Origin: Bdellovibrionales bacterium
Lineage (GTDB): Bacteria > Bdellovibrionota > Bdellovibrionia > Bdellovibrionales > UBA1609
NCBI GenBank assembly: GCA_965203095.1
Contig: OZ241877.1
Location: 800,001 to 864,000, forward strand
Direction of reading: 5' to 3'
DNA: 64,000 nucleotides
The notes under the pieces are model-generated. The model saw only the letters and a list, made by a program, of their open reading frames with translations. It was not told where the DNA came from and did no database searches. Numbering within the stretch: position 1 is the stretch's first letter; each line of letters begins with the position of its first letter. A program made the translations under genes and the position numbers. Shown piece by piece: positions 1 to 9,720 of this stretch.

Positions 1-246
1 AAGCATTACAGTTTTTATGTGGCCCTCTATCATGATCAAGGGCTTATCCCTTTTAAAATGGCACACTCCCATAAAGGCTTTGCTCAAACATTAGGTCTTC
101 CTTTTTTGAGGTTAGGAGTGAGTCACGGAACAGGTGCAGATTTATTAAAGGAGAAAAACATTTCCAGCTTTTCTTTTTTGAGTGCGATTCAAGAGGCTTT
201 AAGGCTTATCCAGCAAAAAACCATTCTTAAGAGAAATTTTTATTGA
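1..246 (+). CDS. pdxA: 4-hydroxythreonine-4-phosphate dehydrogenase, C-terminal part (runs off window start)
   Basis: ALYHDQGLIPFK, TLGLPFLR and SHGTG match the PdxA C-terminal motifs. Confidence 0.85.
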   Translation, partial: KHYSFYVALYHDQGLIPFKMAHSHKGFAQTLGLPFLRLGVSHGTGADLLKEKNISSFSFLSAIQEALRLIQQKTILKRNFY

Positions 247-880
247 TCGTGCTTAAGGATTCTCTTAAAGAAGAAATCTCTTGGTCTTTTTCCAGAGGAG
301 CGGAGGGAGATTCTAATGGTTCTTTAGGAGGATTATGTTCTGTTTTGGGAATGGCCGAAGAACTTTTTTTGTGCTCAGAGGGTTTTTCTAAAAAGTTCTC
401 TATATCCCCTCCAAGATGAGGGCTAAAAATGGGGTCTTGCTCTAAAAGATCCATCTGAACTTGAAGGGCAGCCTTTAAGCCCGTTTTAAATTGCAACTGC
501 AATCTTTTTAAGTCAGCAATATCGTTATAAACGCTCTGAAGGGAATGGCGAGCGGATTGGACTAAAGCAGAGGATTTGCTTTGAGCCTTTTCTAAAACTA
601 AAGCACTGTGGCTTTCGGCATCTTTTCGGATCTTTTCCGCCCATTTTTCTGCCGAAGTGATGGATTGTTTCAAAATATGCTCCCTATCCCGATAGTCTTT
701 AATAAGCAGTTCTTGCTCATCTAACTGCTTTTTCATCATTTCGTTTTTTTTGTTGAGATGCCTGATCTCCTCTGCCAGAACATGGAGAAAGTCCCGAACT
801 TCAAACTCACTTAAGCCCCCTACTATTTTTTTAGAAAACCTTTTGGAGACGATATTGTCTTTAGAAAATTCCATAAACAA
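227..880 (-). CDS. divIVA: DivIVA-domain coiled-coil protein
   Basis: N-terminal 'IVSKRFSKKIVGGLSEFEVRDFL' DivIVA signature followed by a long coiled coil. Confidence 0.8.
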   Translation of the reverse strand: MFMEFSKDNIVSKRFSKKIVGGLSEFEVRDFLHVLAEEIRHLNKKNEMMKKQLDEQELLIKDYRDREHILKQSITSAEKWAEKIRKDAESHSALVLEKAQSKSSALVQSARHSLQSVYNDIADLKRLQLQFKTGLKAALQVQMDLLEQDPIFSPHLGGDIENFLEKPSEHKKSSSAIPKTEHNPPKEPLESPSAPLEKDQEISSLRESLSTINKNFS

Positions 881-1023
881 AATTCTATCAGAAAAAGGCG
901 AAAAAGAAAAATTTTAAACAAGCCTTTTGCTTAGCATTATAAACAATTTTCGCCCTTTGGCTAAGAACCAGCTAAAAGAAGGCAAAAAAATTCCCTTCTC
1001 TCAAGTATTTTTGCCATAAAAAC

Positions 1024-1051
1024 TTATGTTGAGGCTAAAAAAATCCGATAA
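1024..1051 (+). promoter_or_regulatory. Putative sigma28 (FliA)-type promoter of the tadC-FHA operon
   Basis: TTATG-N16-CCGATAA, followed by RBS GAGGAG and ATG at 1072; same spacing as the site at 26458. Confidence 0.45.
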
Positions 1052-1071
1052 TTCCAACAAGAGGAGTATTT

Positions 1072-1974
1072 ATGTCTTTAAGCTTTTTAACCCTTATTGC
1101 TGGCCTTGTCCTGTCCGCCAGCTCCGTTTATATGCTGGTTTCTGTAATATTAAGGCAATCGGACGATAAAAATGCTCTTTCTTGGATGGATGGAAAGGAA
1201 CCGGAAAAATCCAAAGTCCCTTTAATCCAGTTTTCCCGACCTTTAGTCCATAATTTCACTTTGAGCTATGTCAAAAAGGTCAAAAGCCAAAAATACAGAA
1301 AAAAATTGGAGAAAAAAATCATCACTGCCGGTTTGACAAGAGAGCTGAATGTGGATGAATTTATCGGCCTTCAACTTTTATGGGGCATTGCCTTCCCCAT
1401 TTTGTTTTTTATTTTCAACATAACCCTGAATTTAGATTTTCCACCAGTGACCACTGTTTTTGTTAGTGGAGTGGGCTTTTACTTCCCTCACGCTTACTGC
1501 AACAGCTGTAAGAAAAAAAGAAGAAGCTCTATCCTTGGGGATCTTCCCGCCTTTATTGACATTTTAGCCCTCAGCACAGAGGCAGGTTTGGATTTTATGG
1601 GAGCTATACAAAAAATTGTAGACAAAGCCCCTAAAGGCAGTGTTTTAGCCGAAGAGCTTTACACAGTTTTAAAAGACAGCAAATTGGGTCAAACCCGATC
1701 TCAGGCACTGGCCAACTTAGAGCAAAGAATTGATATACCGGAAGTCACCAGTGTGGTCTCTGTAATTAGAGACGCAGATGAAACAGGAGCCAGCATTTCT
1801 AAAGCTCTAAAGGCCAAGGCCGAACAGATCCGTTTTGAAAGATTTGCCCGGGCAGAAGAGGCCGGAGCTAAAGCCTCGCAAAAAATCCTCATCCCCATGA
1901 TGATTTTTATTATCCCCGCCGTTTTTATTGTGATTTTTGCCCCAGCCGCTTTTCAATTTATGGGAGGAAAGTAA
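1072..1974 (+). CDS. tadC: Tad pilus inner-membrane protein TadC (T2SS F family)
   Basis: TM segments; 'DLPAFIDILALSTEAGLDF', 'AEEAGAKASQKILIPMMIFIIPAVFIVI'. Confidence 0.85.
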   Translation: MSLSFLTLIAGLVLSASSVYMLVSVILRQSDDKNALSWMDGKEPEKSKVPLIQFSRPLVHNFTLSYVKKVKSQKYRKKLEKKIITAGLTRELNVDEFIGLQLLWGIAFPILFFIFNITLNLDFPPVTTVFVSGVGFYFPHAYCNSCKKKRRSSILGDLPAFIDILALSTEAGLDFMGAIQKIVDKAPKGSVLAEELYTVLKDSKLGQTRSQALANLEQRIDIPEVTSVVSVIRDADETGASISKALKAKAEQIRFERFARAEEAGAKASQKILIPMMIFIIPAVFIVIFAPAAFQFMGGK

Positions 1975-1978
1975 AAGT

Positions 1979-2326
1979 ATGCCTCAACTCATTCATAAAA
2001 AAGAAGGACATCCGCCTATTGCTCGCATTATTCCCGCAAAAACATGGAGACAGCGGATCCAGGGCCTTATAGGCCACCCTGGCCTTAAGGAAAAAGAGGC
2101 CTTTTGGATCCCCAAATGCCCCAGCATTCACACTTTTTTTATGAAATTTCCTATTGATGTGATCTTTACTGATAAAAAATTTCAAATTCAAAACCTGTTT
2201 GAAAATATCCCCTCTAACAAATTGATTTTTGGAGGTTTAAAAAGCCGAAATGCCTTTGAGATGAAGGCCGGACAAATTCAAACTCATCAACTCAAGAAAG
2301 GAGATTTTTTATATGTGGAGTCTTAA
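1979..2326 (+). CDS. DUF192 family protein
   Basis: 'RIQGLIG...CPSIHTFFMKFPIDVIFTD...AFEMKAG'; ATG at 1979 just after the tadC stop. Confidence 0.8.
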   Translation: MPQLIHKKEGHPPIARIIPAKTWRQRIQGLIGHPGLKEKEAFWIPKCPSIHTFFMKFPIDVIFTDKKFQIQNLFENIPSNKLIFGGLKSRNAFEMKAGQIQTHQLKKGDFLYVES

Positions 2327-3908
2327 ATTTTTATCAGGTCCCAAAGCAGGGAAAGAGATAATTCTTCAGCCCGGATTAGTGGTTGTAGGTAGGGAGAGTT
2401 CTTGTCAAATTCCGGTTCCAGCACAAAGCCTCTCCAAAAAACATGCACAAATTTTAGTTAAAGAAACAGAAGTTGTGATTGAAGATCTGGATTCCCGCAA
2501 CGGCACTTTTATTGATGGCCAGCAAATTAAAAAACGGGAACTGAAGGCAGGGGATCGGGTGGCTCTCTCGGATGTGATTTTTGAATTGAGGAAAAAAGCC
2601 TCTCCTCAACAATTCTTCCCCATGTATAATATGCCTCAGGGTCAGCCTCATTTTCCTCCTACATCAGCCCCCTCTCCGGCAAACTTAGCCAATGCACCGG
2701 AGGTTGTTAGCACCAAAGGTCCTTTAGTTAAAAACATTCAAAAACTGTTAAGCTCTTATAAAGACAATGTGGTTTTGCCAGGGGTTTATAAGTTGGCAGA
2801 ATGGATGGAGTTTAAAGCTGTTGTAGGGGCTTTTGTTTTGGCTTTTGCAGTTGTAGTTATGGTTTTTTCCTCTTTCCCGCTCATTTCCATTTTAAAATCC
2901 AGTGTTCAGCAAGAGAGCCGAAACAATGCAGAAAACATTGCCCTCACTTTAGCTCAAGCCAACAGGACTCATTTAAAAAAGGGTTTACAGTCGGCAATGA
3001 CAGTAGAGTATGCTTTGAGACGACCCGGAGTGGAGAAAGCCTTTATTATCTCAGCCATTGACGGGCGGATTTTAGCTCCAGCAGAGATAGCTCATACTTA
3101 TCCTAAAAGTGCACTCATTCATAAAGCCAGAAAACAGAACCGAAAAACAGTGGAAAAGATAGGTTCTTCATCTATTGCCGCCATAGTTCCCATTAGCTTT
3201 TACAATCCAGAAACTGGCGAAAACAGCCCCAAAGCTTACTCTGTAGTAATTTATGATATGAGCCAACTGGCTGTAGGCTCAAAAAAAATACTCAGCCTTT
3301 TGGTTCAAACTTTTTTTATTGTTTTTGTTTTTGGAGTTTGTTTGTTTTTCTTTCTCATTCATTTAATAGAGTTCCCCATTAAAAGCATTAACAGCCAAGT
3401 GGACAAAGCCTTAAAGGATGATAAAGCCCCTTCTATTTCCGTTAATTATCAGTCTCAGATTTTAACAGAGCTTTGTAGCCATATTAACAGTGCTTTAAAT
3501 CAAATTTCTTTAAGCCGAATGCTCAACACAAAAAAAGAAGATGATGGCTCAGGAGAGATTAACCGCCAAAATGAAATGAACAATTTAGTAGAGATTGTGG
3601 GTTTTCCTTCTCTGTCTATCAATATGGAGGATGAGACCATTGCCTCTTTAAACTCTAACTGGAGTGATCAGATTGGTTTTGCAGAGATCCTTCATCAGCC
3701 AGTTTCTGAAATATCAGACAGCCAATTAAAAGATCATTTAGAGCAGTTGATCCAAAAGGGTAAAGATCAACCTCAGGAAATTATTTTTGGTGAGATCAGT
3801 TTAAAGCAAATGAGTTTACAAAGTGCTTGTCAATTTATTATGGGAAAAAGCACTCCTGCTTATGCTATTGTGACTTTTATGCCTTCAGAGACAGAGGAGG
3901 CGGCTTAG
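2313..3908 (+). CDS. FHA-domain membrane protein (N-terminal FHA, two TM helices flanking an extracytoplasmic domain)
   Basis: FHA motifs GRE...SKKHA...SRNGT; hydrophobic segments near aa 170-192 and 327-352. Confidence 0.8.
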   Translation: MWSLKFLSGPKAGKEIILQPGLVVVGRESSCQIPVPAQSLSKKHAQILVKETEVVIEDLDSRNGTFIDGQQIKKRELKAGDRVALSDVIFELRKKASPQQFFPMYNMPQGQPHFPPTSAPSPANLANAPEVVSTKGPLVKNIQKLLSSYKDNVVLPGVYKLAEWMEFKAVVGAFVLAFAVVVMVFSSFPLISILKSSVQQESRNNAENIALTLAQANRTHLKKGLQSAMTVEYALRRPGVEKAFIISAIDGRILAPAEIAHTYPKSALIHKARKQNRKTVEKIGSSSIAAIVPISFYNPETGENSPKAYSVVIYDMSQLAVGSKKILSLLVQTFFIVFVFGVCLFFFLIHLIEFPIKSINSQVDKALKDDKAPSISVNYQSQILTELCSHINSALNQISLSRMLNTKKEDDGSGEINRQNEMNNLVEIVGFPSLSINMEDETIASLNSNWSDQIGFAEILHQPVSEISDSQLKDHLEQLIQKGKDQPQEIIFGEISLKQMSLQSACQFIMGKSTPAYAIVTFMPSETEEAA

Positions 3909-3909
3909 G

Positions 3910-4884
3910 ATGAGCAGTTTTCGAAGTTCTGTTTCTTCAACAAAGCATGCTCCTTCAGTTTTAAAAGGCTCATCGGCACTCACTCGCCCCTCTTCGGCTC
4001 CCGTTTTAAAAATTTTGACGGGATCTTATAAGGGAAAGCAGTTTCGCCTCTTAAGTGAGAAAATCGTTATTGGCCGGTCTCCGGAATGTGATGTGATTTT
4101 TAAAGATGACCTCTCTTGCTCTAAACGTCATGCAGGTATCATAAGGGAAAATAACTCCTATTTGATAGAAAGCCTTAGCCCAAAAAACCCAGTGAAGGTC
4201 AATGGGAGAGCCATTTCATCAAAAGCTTTAGAAAACAAAGACAAAATCACTATTGGATCTATAGAGCTGTTGTTTTTGAAAGACAGCCCAATGGTTGCCC
4301 CTCAGCCCTCCGCGGGAGCGACCGGCCCTCGCCCTCCAGCAAAACCTAAAAAACAAGCTCTCACTCCTCCTCGTTTAATTTTTATTGTTCTTGTGATTGG
4401 AGGTTTTTTTTTATTGATGTCTAAGAACGAAACCAAAGAAGAGGAAAAAAAATGGAATTTGAAAACAGAATCAGACATTTTAGAGGAAGTTCAAGCCATT
4501 AAAAAATTAAATGAAGAAGAATTTAAAAAAAAGGATCTGACTTTTAAAGAAAAAGGGGCCAAATCCGCTTTTATCAAAGGTTTTAGAGATTACAGAAAGG
4601 GTTATTTTGATAGAGCTTTAAAGCAGTTTCAACATTGCCTCACTTTGAACACAACGCATCCTCTTTGCCAAAGTTATGCCCGGAAGTCACAAACACAAAT
4701 TGAAAGGCTAATTCAAAAAAAAATTCGGTTAGGCAACGCTTATAAAAAAAACAGGCAATACTCTGCTTGCCGGGCTGTTTTTAAAAGTGTGGAGATTATG
4801 ATTCAAGATTCCCAAAACGCAATTTATAAAGAGGCTAAAGCTAACAGGCAGTTGTGTGAAACCTATTTAAAAAATCAAATTTGA
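3910..4884 (+). CDS. FHA-domain protein with TM helix and TPR-like C-terminus
   Basis: GRS...SKRHA FHA motif, Pro-rich linker, TM 'LIFIVLVIGGFFLLM', helical repeats. Confidence 0.8.
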   Translation: MSSFRSSVSSTKHAPSVLKGSSALTRPSSAPVLKILTGSYKGKQFRLLSEKIVIGRSPECDVIFKDDLSCSKRHAGIIRENNSYLIESLSPKNPVKVNGRAISSKALENKDKITIGSIELLFLKDSPMVAPQPSAGATGPRPPAKPKKQALTPPRLIFIVLVIGGFFLLMSKNETKEEEKKWNLKTESDILEEVQAIKKLNEEEFKKKDLTFKEKGAKSAFIKGFRDYRKGYFDRALKQFQHCLTLNTTHPLCQSYARKSQTQIERLIQKKIRLGNAYKKNRQYSACRAVFKSVEIMIQDSQNAIYKEAKANRQLCETYLKNQI

Positions 4885-4895
4885 GATAAAAATTA

Positions 4896-6797
4896 ATGAA
4901 GTTCATTTTTAAACATTTTGGCAAAGTTATAAAGGAGATCCAATTAGAAGAGGGTCAAGAGTATTTTATTGGCCGGCAAAAAGACTGTGACTTTATTTTA
5001 GGGGAGGAGACTGGTCTTTCCCGAAAGCATATTCGCATTTATACTTCACCAGAAACGGGAAATTGGATTGTAGAATCCATCTCTGAATGGGGAGGGCTTT
5101 ATTTGGCTGGGGAGGAGGTGGAGTCTGTAGAGGTAGAGAGAGCCGGCATTTTGTCATTAAAAAATTACACTTTAGAGTTTGTTAAAGAGAAGGAAGAAAG
5201 CGAGAAAGAAAAAGTTTCTACAGGTGACCTCACTAAAATTCCGGATAGTCAGCCCAGTTTTGATCCTCATGCAGGCACAAAGGTTCTTGTTTCCTCCGAT
5301 TTGGTTCACTCTCTTTATATTTATATTTCTGGAGAGTTTTCTGATCATATAAATTTAAATGAAAGGCCAAAATGGATTGTGGGCCGATCGGAAGAGTGTG
5401 ATATATCTATTGATTATAGCATTTTGACAAGAAAGCATTTTCAAATTTCCAATCGGGAGGGTAAATTTTATATTACAGATTTAGGAAGTGCTAATAAGAC
5501 TTTTTTAAATGATCAAGAGATATCACCTCATAAAGAGATTCTTTTAAAAGCTAATGATCAAATTTCTATTTCTGATCTCAAACTGGTTTTTGAAGTGAGA
5601 AATAAAAAATATGAGGAAATGATGAATCAGCTACCAGCAGTGTCAGAAGAGGATTCGGGTGAGGGAGAGAATCTTCCGGAAATGGCTCTCCCCAAAGTGG
5701 TTTTAGAAACCGCTCCTGTAGAGGAGTCTGCCCCCTCCTCTAAAGCCAAACTCTTAAACCCCAAAAGAATAGTTCTTCTAATTTTAGTTGTTTGTGCCGG
5801 AGTTGCTTTTTATTTTAAGCAGGAAATAGATAAGAAGGAGGCTAAAAGAAAAGCTTTGGAAAAACAACAAAAGGAAAAAGAATATAGAACTAAGTTAGAG
5901 GTATTTTATAAAGAGGCTGTAGATAGATTAGAAGAGAAAAAATATCTTCTTTGTATTAACCAGTTAGAAGAGTTGCACAGAGAATCTGCTGAAGGTTATT
6001 TTAAAGATTCCCAACAGCTCCTCTCACGGTGCCAAAATGCTTTGCTGAATCAACGCAAAAAAGATGAATTTGTAGCTCAAGAAAAAGCAAAAAAAGAAAC
6101 TGAAGCTAAAATCAAAAAAATTGTTGATAAATGTAAAAAAATGTATGCAGAAAAGAAAATTCAAACCATCATGGAGTTGAATGAATGTGCAAGAGATTTG
6201 GCCAATTTGGATCCTGACAATTCAGATGTTTCTGCTATGCGAAGGGAAATAGAGGAGAGGGAAAATTTAAAACAGATGGAAGAACAAAAAAAATCAGCTT
6301 ATAAAAAAACTCTTCAATCTAAGAGATATCTTTATAACAAAGCTAAAAAACTGAAAGATCAAGGGAAAGTTTTAAAAGCAGTATCAGCTTATAATGTGTT
6401 TTTAAAATCAGTAAAAGGTTTTTCCGGATTAAAATCTTTGGCAAAACAAGCGGTGGCAGAGAGGGATGAGATTCAAAAAAACTATGATGATGAATTAAAC
6501 GATCTATATCAGTCTTGTGAAAAGCTGATACAACAAAAAAAAATGAAAGAGGCTTACTCCGATTGTAAAAAAATTCTTGCTTTTAAGAGTGATGATAAAA
6601 AAGCCTTGCAATATATTCAGCAAGCCCTGCAAACTCTTCAAAAAGAGCTGAAACCTCTTTACGAGCAGAGCATGTCAGAGGAGAGTTTTTCCAGAATTGA
6701 GCCAGCTATTGAAATTTGGAAGGAAATTTTAAAAAGAGATATCTCTGATGGTTATTACTATAAAAAAGCCCAACATCAAATAAACAAATATAAATAA
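4896..6797 (+). CDS. Double-FHA protein with TM helix and TPR/coiled-coil C-terminus
   Basis: Two FHA motifs (GRQ..SRKH; GRS..TRKH..SANKT), TM 'IVLLILVVCAGVAFYF'. Confidence 0.8.
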   Translation: MKFIFKHFGKVIKEIQLEEGQEYFIGRQKDCDFILGEETGLSRKHIRIYTSPETGNWIVESISEWGGLYLAGEEVESVEVERAGILSLKNYTLEFVKEKEESEKEKVSTGDLTKIPDSQPSFDPHAGTKVLVSSDLVHSLYIYISGEFSDHINLNERPKWIVGRSEECDISIDYSILTRKHFQISNREGKFYITDLGSANKTFLNDQEISPHKEILLKANDQISISDLKLVFEVRNKKYEEMMNQLPAVSEEDSGEGENLPEMALPKVVLETAPVEESAPSSKAKLLNPKRIVLLILVVCAGVAFYFKQEIDKKEAKRKALEKQQKEKEYRTKLEVFYKEAVDRLEEKKYLLCINQLEELHRESAEGYFKDSQQLLSRCQNALLNQRKKDEFVAQEKAKKETEAKIKKIVDKCKKMYAEKKIQTIMELNECARDLANLDPDNSDVSAMRREIEERENLKQMEEQKKSAYKKTLQSKRYLYNKAKKLKDQGKVLKAVSAYNVFLKSVKGFSGLKSLAKQAVAERDEIQKNYDDELNDLYQSCEKLIQQKKMKEAYSDCKKILAFKSDDKKALQYIQQALQTLQKELKPLYEQSMSEESFSRIEPAIEIWKEILKRDISDGYYYKKAQHQINKYK

Positions 6798-6826
6798 TCA
6801 TCCGTGAAAAATCTGGACAAAAAGCT

Positions 6827-6854
6827 TTGACTTTTACCACTTTTTGTTTATAAT
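6827..6854 (+). promoter_or_regulatory. Putative sigma70 promoter
   Basis: TTGACT-N16-TATAAT, 12 nt upstream of ATG 6867. Confidence 0.5.
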
Positions 6855-6866
6855 TGTTTTCAGTTT

Positions 6867-7550
6867 ATGAAGTTGGATCAAAGAAGTTTTGTAGGAAAAT
6901 CCTTTAGGCCCCAGCCAGAAGTTTTAATTAGTGAAAGCTTACAAATGTTTGCTTTGGTGACTCCTTGGGGGCCACGCGAGCAAAGTCAAAAGGTGTTGGA
7001 GTTTCTTTCTCAAAACTATGAAAGCTTTTGCTCTGATGAGGAAAAAACAAATATTTATTCTCATTTAGAAAGTTTATCTGAGGAGGAAAACATATTAAGG
7101 TCTCTTGTTTTAGCCTGTAATGAATGGATTTTTAATGAACAAAATAAGGGAAAAGAGTATAACTTTGGTTATGAGTTAGTTTGTGGCAATTTTAAAAATG
7201 GGAAACTTGTTTTTCTTCAAGCAGGGCATCCTTCTGTTTATTTGGATCGCCCGGATATCCCTTTACAATCCTTAGGTCCCGTTTTGGATTTTTCTGCTAT
7301 GTTTGCCCATAGTGGGCAGAGACTGCCTCCTCTTCCATCGGTATTGGTGGGGCTTTACCCTGACACGCATTTTTCGGTTTTTAGTTTCCCTGTTCTTCCA
7401 AAAGATCGATTGATTTTCATCAGTCGGGATGTGGCTTCTGGCTCCATTTTGGACTTAGGAAGAGATCATCGAGGCTTAGATCAGCTCTTATCTGCCTTAG
7501 TAAAGGAAAATGAACAAAGCCCTCTTTGGCTGGGCAGGCTCTCCTTTTAA
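6867..7550 (+). CDS. Degenerate PP2C/SpoIIE-like phosphatase-fold protein
   Basis: 'LVFLQAGHPSVYL' and 'LPKDRLIFISRD' resemble SpoIIE AGHP and DxLLLxTDG motifs; catalytic DG motifs not evident. Confidence 0.45.
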   Translation: MKLDQRSFVGKSFRPQPEVLISESLQMFALVTPWGPREQSQKVLEFLSQNYESFCSDEEKTNIYSHLESLSEEENILRSLVLACNEWIFNEQNKGKEYNFGYELVCGNFKNGKLVFLQAGHPSVYLDRPDIPLQSLGPVLDFSAMFAHSGQRLPPLPSVLVGLYPDTHFSVFSFPVLPKDRLIFISRDVASGSILDLGRDHRGLDQLLSALVKENEQSPLWLGRLSF

Positions 7551-7632
7551 TCCTACAACATATATTTTTAAGTTCGGCCTTAAAGTGTCGTGGCCAGGCT
7601 AAAACTCTTTTTTGAGAAGACTACTTGAGAGA

Positions 7633-7821
7633 CTATTGCTTTGCTAAAAGCTTATCCAGCTTTTCATTAAGCTTAGCTTGTCCAACCTCAAGTTTAGCTT
7701 GTCCAACCTCAAGCTTATCTATGGATTTTCTGATTGGCCATAGTGAAAGTTGAATAATCCCAAACAGGACTGTCATAAGAGCACAAACTGCTATAACTGT
7801 GCCAGAATCTAAACTTTCCAT
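7633..7821 (-). CDS. Small membrane-anchored coiled-coil protein (62 aa)
   Basis: RBS AGGAG, upstream promoter, N-terminal TM helix, heptad repeat KLEVGQA x2. Confidence 0.7.
   Translation of the reverse strand: MESLDSGTVIAVCALMTVLFGIIQLSLWPIRKSIDKLEVGQAKLEVGQAKLNEKLDKLLAKQ
7669..7716. repeat. 21-bp tandem repeat (2.3 units) encoding heptad KLEVGQA
   Basis: aagcttagcttgtccaacctc / aagtttagcttgtccaacctc / aagctt. Confidence 0.9.
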
Positions 7822-7857
7822 GATTAACTCCTAAAGGTATAGTTTATGCCTTTATCC

Positions 7858-7887
7858 ACTATATGGACAATTGGCCGGGAATGTCAA
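7858..7887 (-). promoter_or_regulatory. Putative sigma70 promoter of the 62-aa gene
   Basis: Minus strand TTGACA-N18-TATAGT. Confidence 0.6.
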
Positions 7888-8020
7888 GCCATTTGTAAAT
7901 TTTTTCACAAAAACGCTCAAAAGCCCTTACCGGGGGCCAGCTAAAAGCTTTTATGGGAACCAAAAAAGGCTCAAAAAGCTCAAGTAGGCTTTTGGGCAAA
8001 TCTGGTTTTTTCATAAGCAA

Positions 8021-8368
8021 CTACTTAAAACTTTTATCTTTTAAAGTAGAGGAAGAGGACAAACTCTCCAATTTGTCAGAAGATCTTAAACCAGTATATA
8101 GTTCCATTTGTCGAATGCGGGTTTTCAGCTCATTCAATTCCTTTTCCATATAAAACATTCTGGAATTGACTTTGCCATTCCCATAGACATCCTCTGATAT
8201 CTTTTCAACCGACATTCTCAAAGTGTCCATAAAATTGGCGATATGTTCATTTTGCTTCTTCAAACTCAGCATGTGTTTTTGCCTTGAAGAATCGCGTTTT
8301 TGAAAAAACCTCCATATCAAATAGAGAAAAGGAACTTGTATGGTTAAGAGAAAAATAATGTATTCCAT
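8021..8368 (-). CDS. Hypothetical protein, N-terminal TM helix plus coiled coil
   Basis: Hydrophobic N-terminus, AGGGGG RBS-like sequence upstream. Confidence 0.55.
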   Translation of the reverse strand: MEYIIFLLTIQVPFLYLIWRFFQKRDSSRQKHMLSLKKQNEHIANFMDTLRMSVEKISEDVYGNGKVNSRMFYMEKELNELKTRIRQMELYTGLRSSDKLESLSSSSTLKDKSFK

Positions 8369-8480
8369 AGCACTACCCCCTAAAAAATTTTGGACTTGGC
8401 CTCCTTGGAGCCCCCGTTAGAGACAAGCCACTTACTGCCATTATAAAAGACTTGCCTTATAAAAGAAAGGCTTTAACAAG

Positions 8481-9677
8481 CTATGTCAATTCTGAAAAAA
8501 AGCTTTTAAATCGGGAAATGGCTTTTTTTATATCCTCCTCATCCCCCGCATAACTTAATCTCAAATAGCCCGGACAACCAAACTCCTCTCCAGATATGCA
8601 AAGGAGTTTTTTTTCAGATAAAAGTTGTTTCATTATATCCTGAGAGCTGTTTAAAAGTTGGCCTTTATGCCTTTTGCCTAAAAAGTTTTGAACACCTATC
8701 CAAAGGTAAAAAGCTCCTTCTGGTGGAAAAATTTTTAGTCCGGGAATACCACTTAAGCCCTGGATCAAGTTGTCTCTAAGGGATTTGAGTTTTTGAACAG
8801 TGCTTTTTATGTCTTCCTCACAAAGTGCAAAGCCATCTTCAAACGCTTTTTGAGCAATGGTGTTGGCACAACCAGCAGATTGACTTTGAAAGGCGGAAAG
8901 AGTTTGAACAAATCCTTTCGGGCCTATTAGCCAACCCAAACGCCAACCTGTCATCAGGTAATTTTTAGAAGCCCCATTAAAAGCTAAAACCTGATCTTTT
9001 AAATCCGGACAAACAGATAAAAGGTGCGGGGCTGGCCTACCGGAATACACAATACGATCATAAATGGCATCCACCATCACTGTTAAATGAGGAAAAGCTC
9101 GCACAGCCTCTCCAATAGATTCCCACTCCTTTTTTGAATAAATAGCCCCGGTGGGATTGTTTGGGGAATTGAGCAAAAGCACTTTGGTTTTAGGAGAAAG
9201 GCTTTTTTTCAGATCCTCTGATGTGATTTTAAAGCCTTGCTTTTCATTTGTAGGGAGAATTGTAATTTTTGCACCACTCAACTGGATAAGGGGCGGATAG
9301 CTCATCCAATAAGGAGATGGGAGTAGGACCTCATCCTCAGCCTCGCACAAGCTTTGAAATGCCGAAAACAAAACATATTTACAACCATTTCCAATAAAAA
9401 TATTTTCAGCGGAAAGAGGAAAGCCAAACTCCTGACTGGCCCGCTCACTCAATTTTTGCCTTAGAGGCTCCCTACCGGCGGAAGGAGAGTATTTTGTCCA
9501 GCCCTCATCTATTGCTTTCTTCCCAGCCGACCGGAGGGGGGGATAACTGTTCCACTTCAATTCCCCAATGGCCAAACTGACTACATCATCCCCTTGGGCT
9601 TTTAAAACCTTTGCTAATTTTAAAAGCTCAAAACCTACGGAGGCTTTAATCCCCTGCACTCGCTTTGCTGTTTTCAT
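8481..9677 (-). CDS. PLP-dependent class I/II aminotransferase (aspartate aminotransferase-like)
   Basis: NSPNNPTG, DAIY, SKNYLMTGWRLG motifs. Confidence 0.9.
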   Translation of the reverse strand: MKTAKRVQGIKASVGFELLKLAKVLKAQGDDVVSLAIGELKWNSYPPLRSAGKKAIDEGWTKYSPSAGREPLRQKLSERASQEFGFPLSAENIFIGNGCKYVLFSAFQSLCEAEDEVLLPSPYWMSYPPLIQLSGAKITILPTNEKQGFKITSEDLKKSLSPKTKVLLLNSPNNPTGAIYSKKEWESIGEAVRAFPHLTVMVDAIYDRIVYSGRPAPHLLSVCPDLKDQVLAFNGASKNYLMTGWRLGWLIGPKGFVQTLSAFQSQSAGCANTIAQKAFEDGFALCEEDIKSTVQKLKSLRDNLIQGLSGIPGLKIFPPEGAFYLWIGVQNFLGKRHKGQLLNSSQDIMKQLLSEKKLLCISGEEFGCPGYLRLSYAGDEEDIKKAISRFKSFFSELT

Positions 9678-9720
9678 AATTTCTCCTTATTTGTTATTCC
9701 TGCTTTGTTTTTTGATACTT

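Noticed and set aside
7953..8153. 66-aa plus-strand ORF and the other short ORFs nested in or antisense to long genes
   Set aside because: No motifs or RBS; explained as shadow frames
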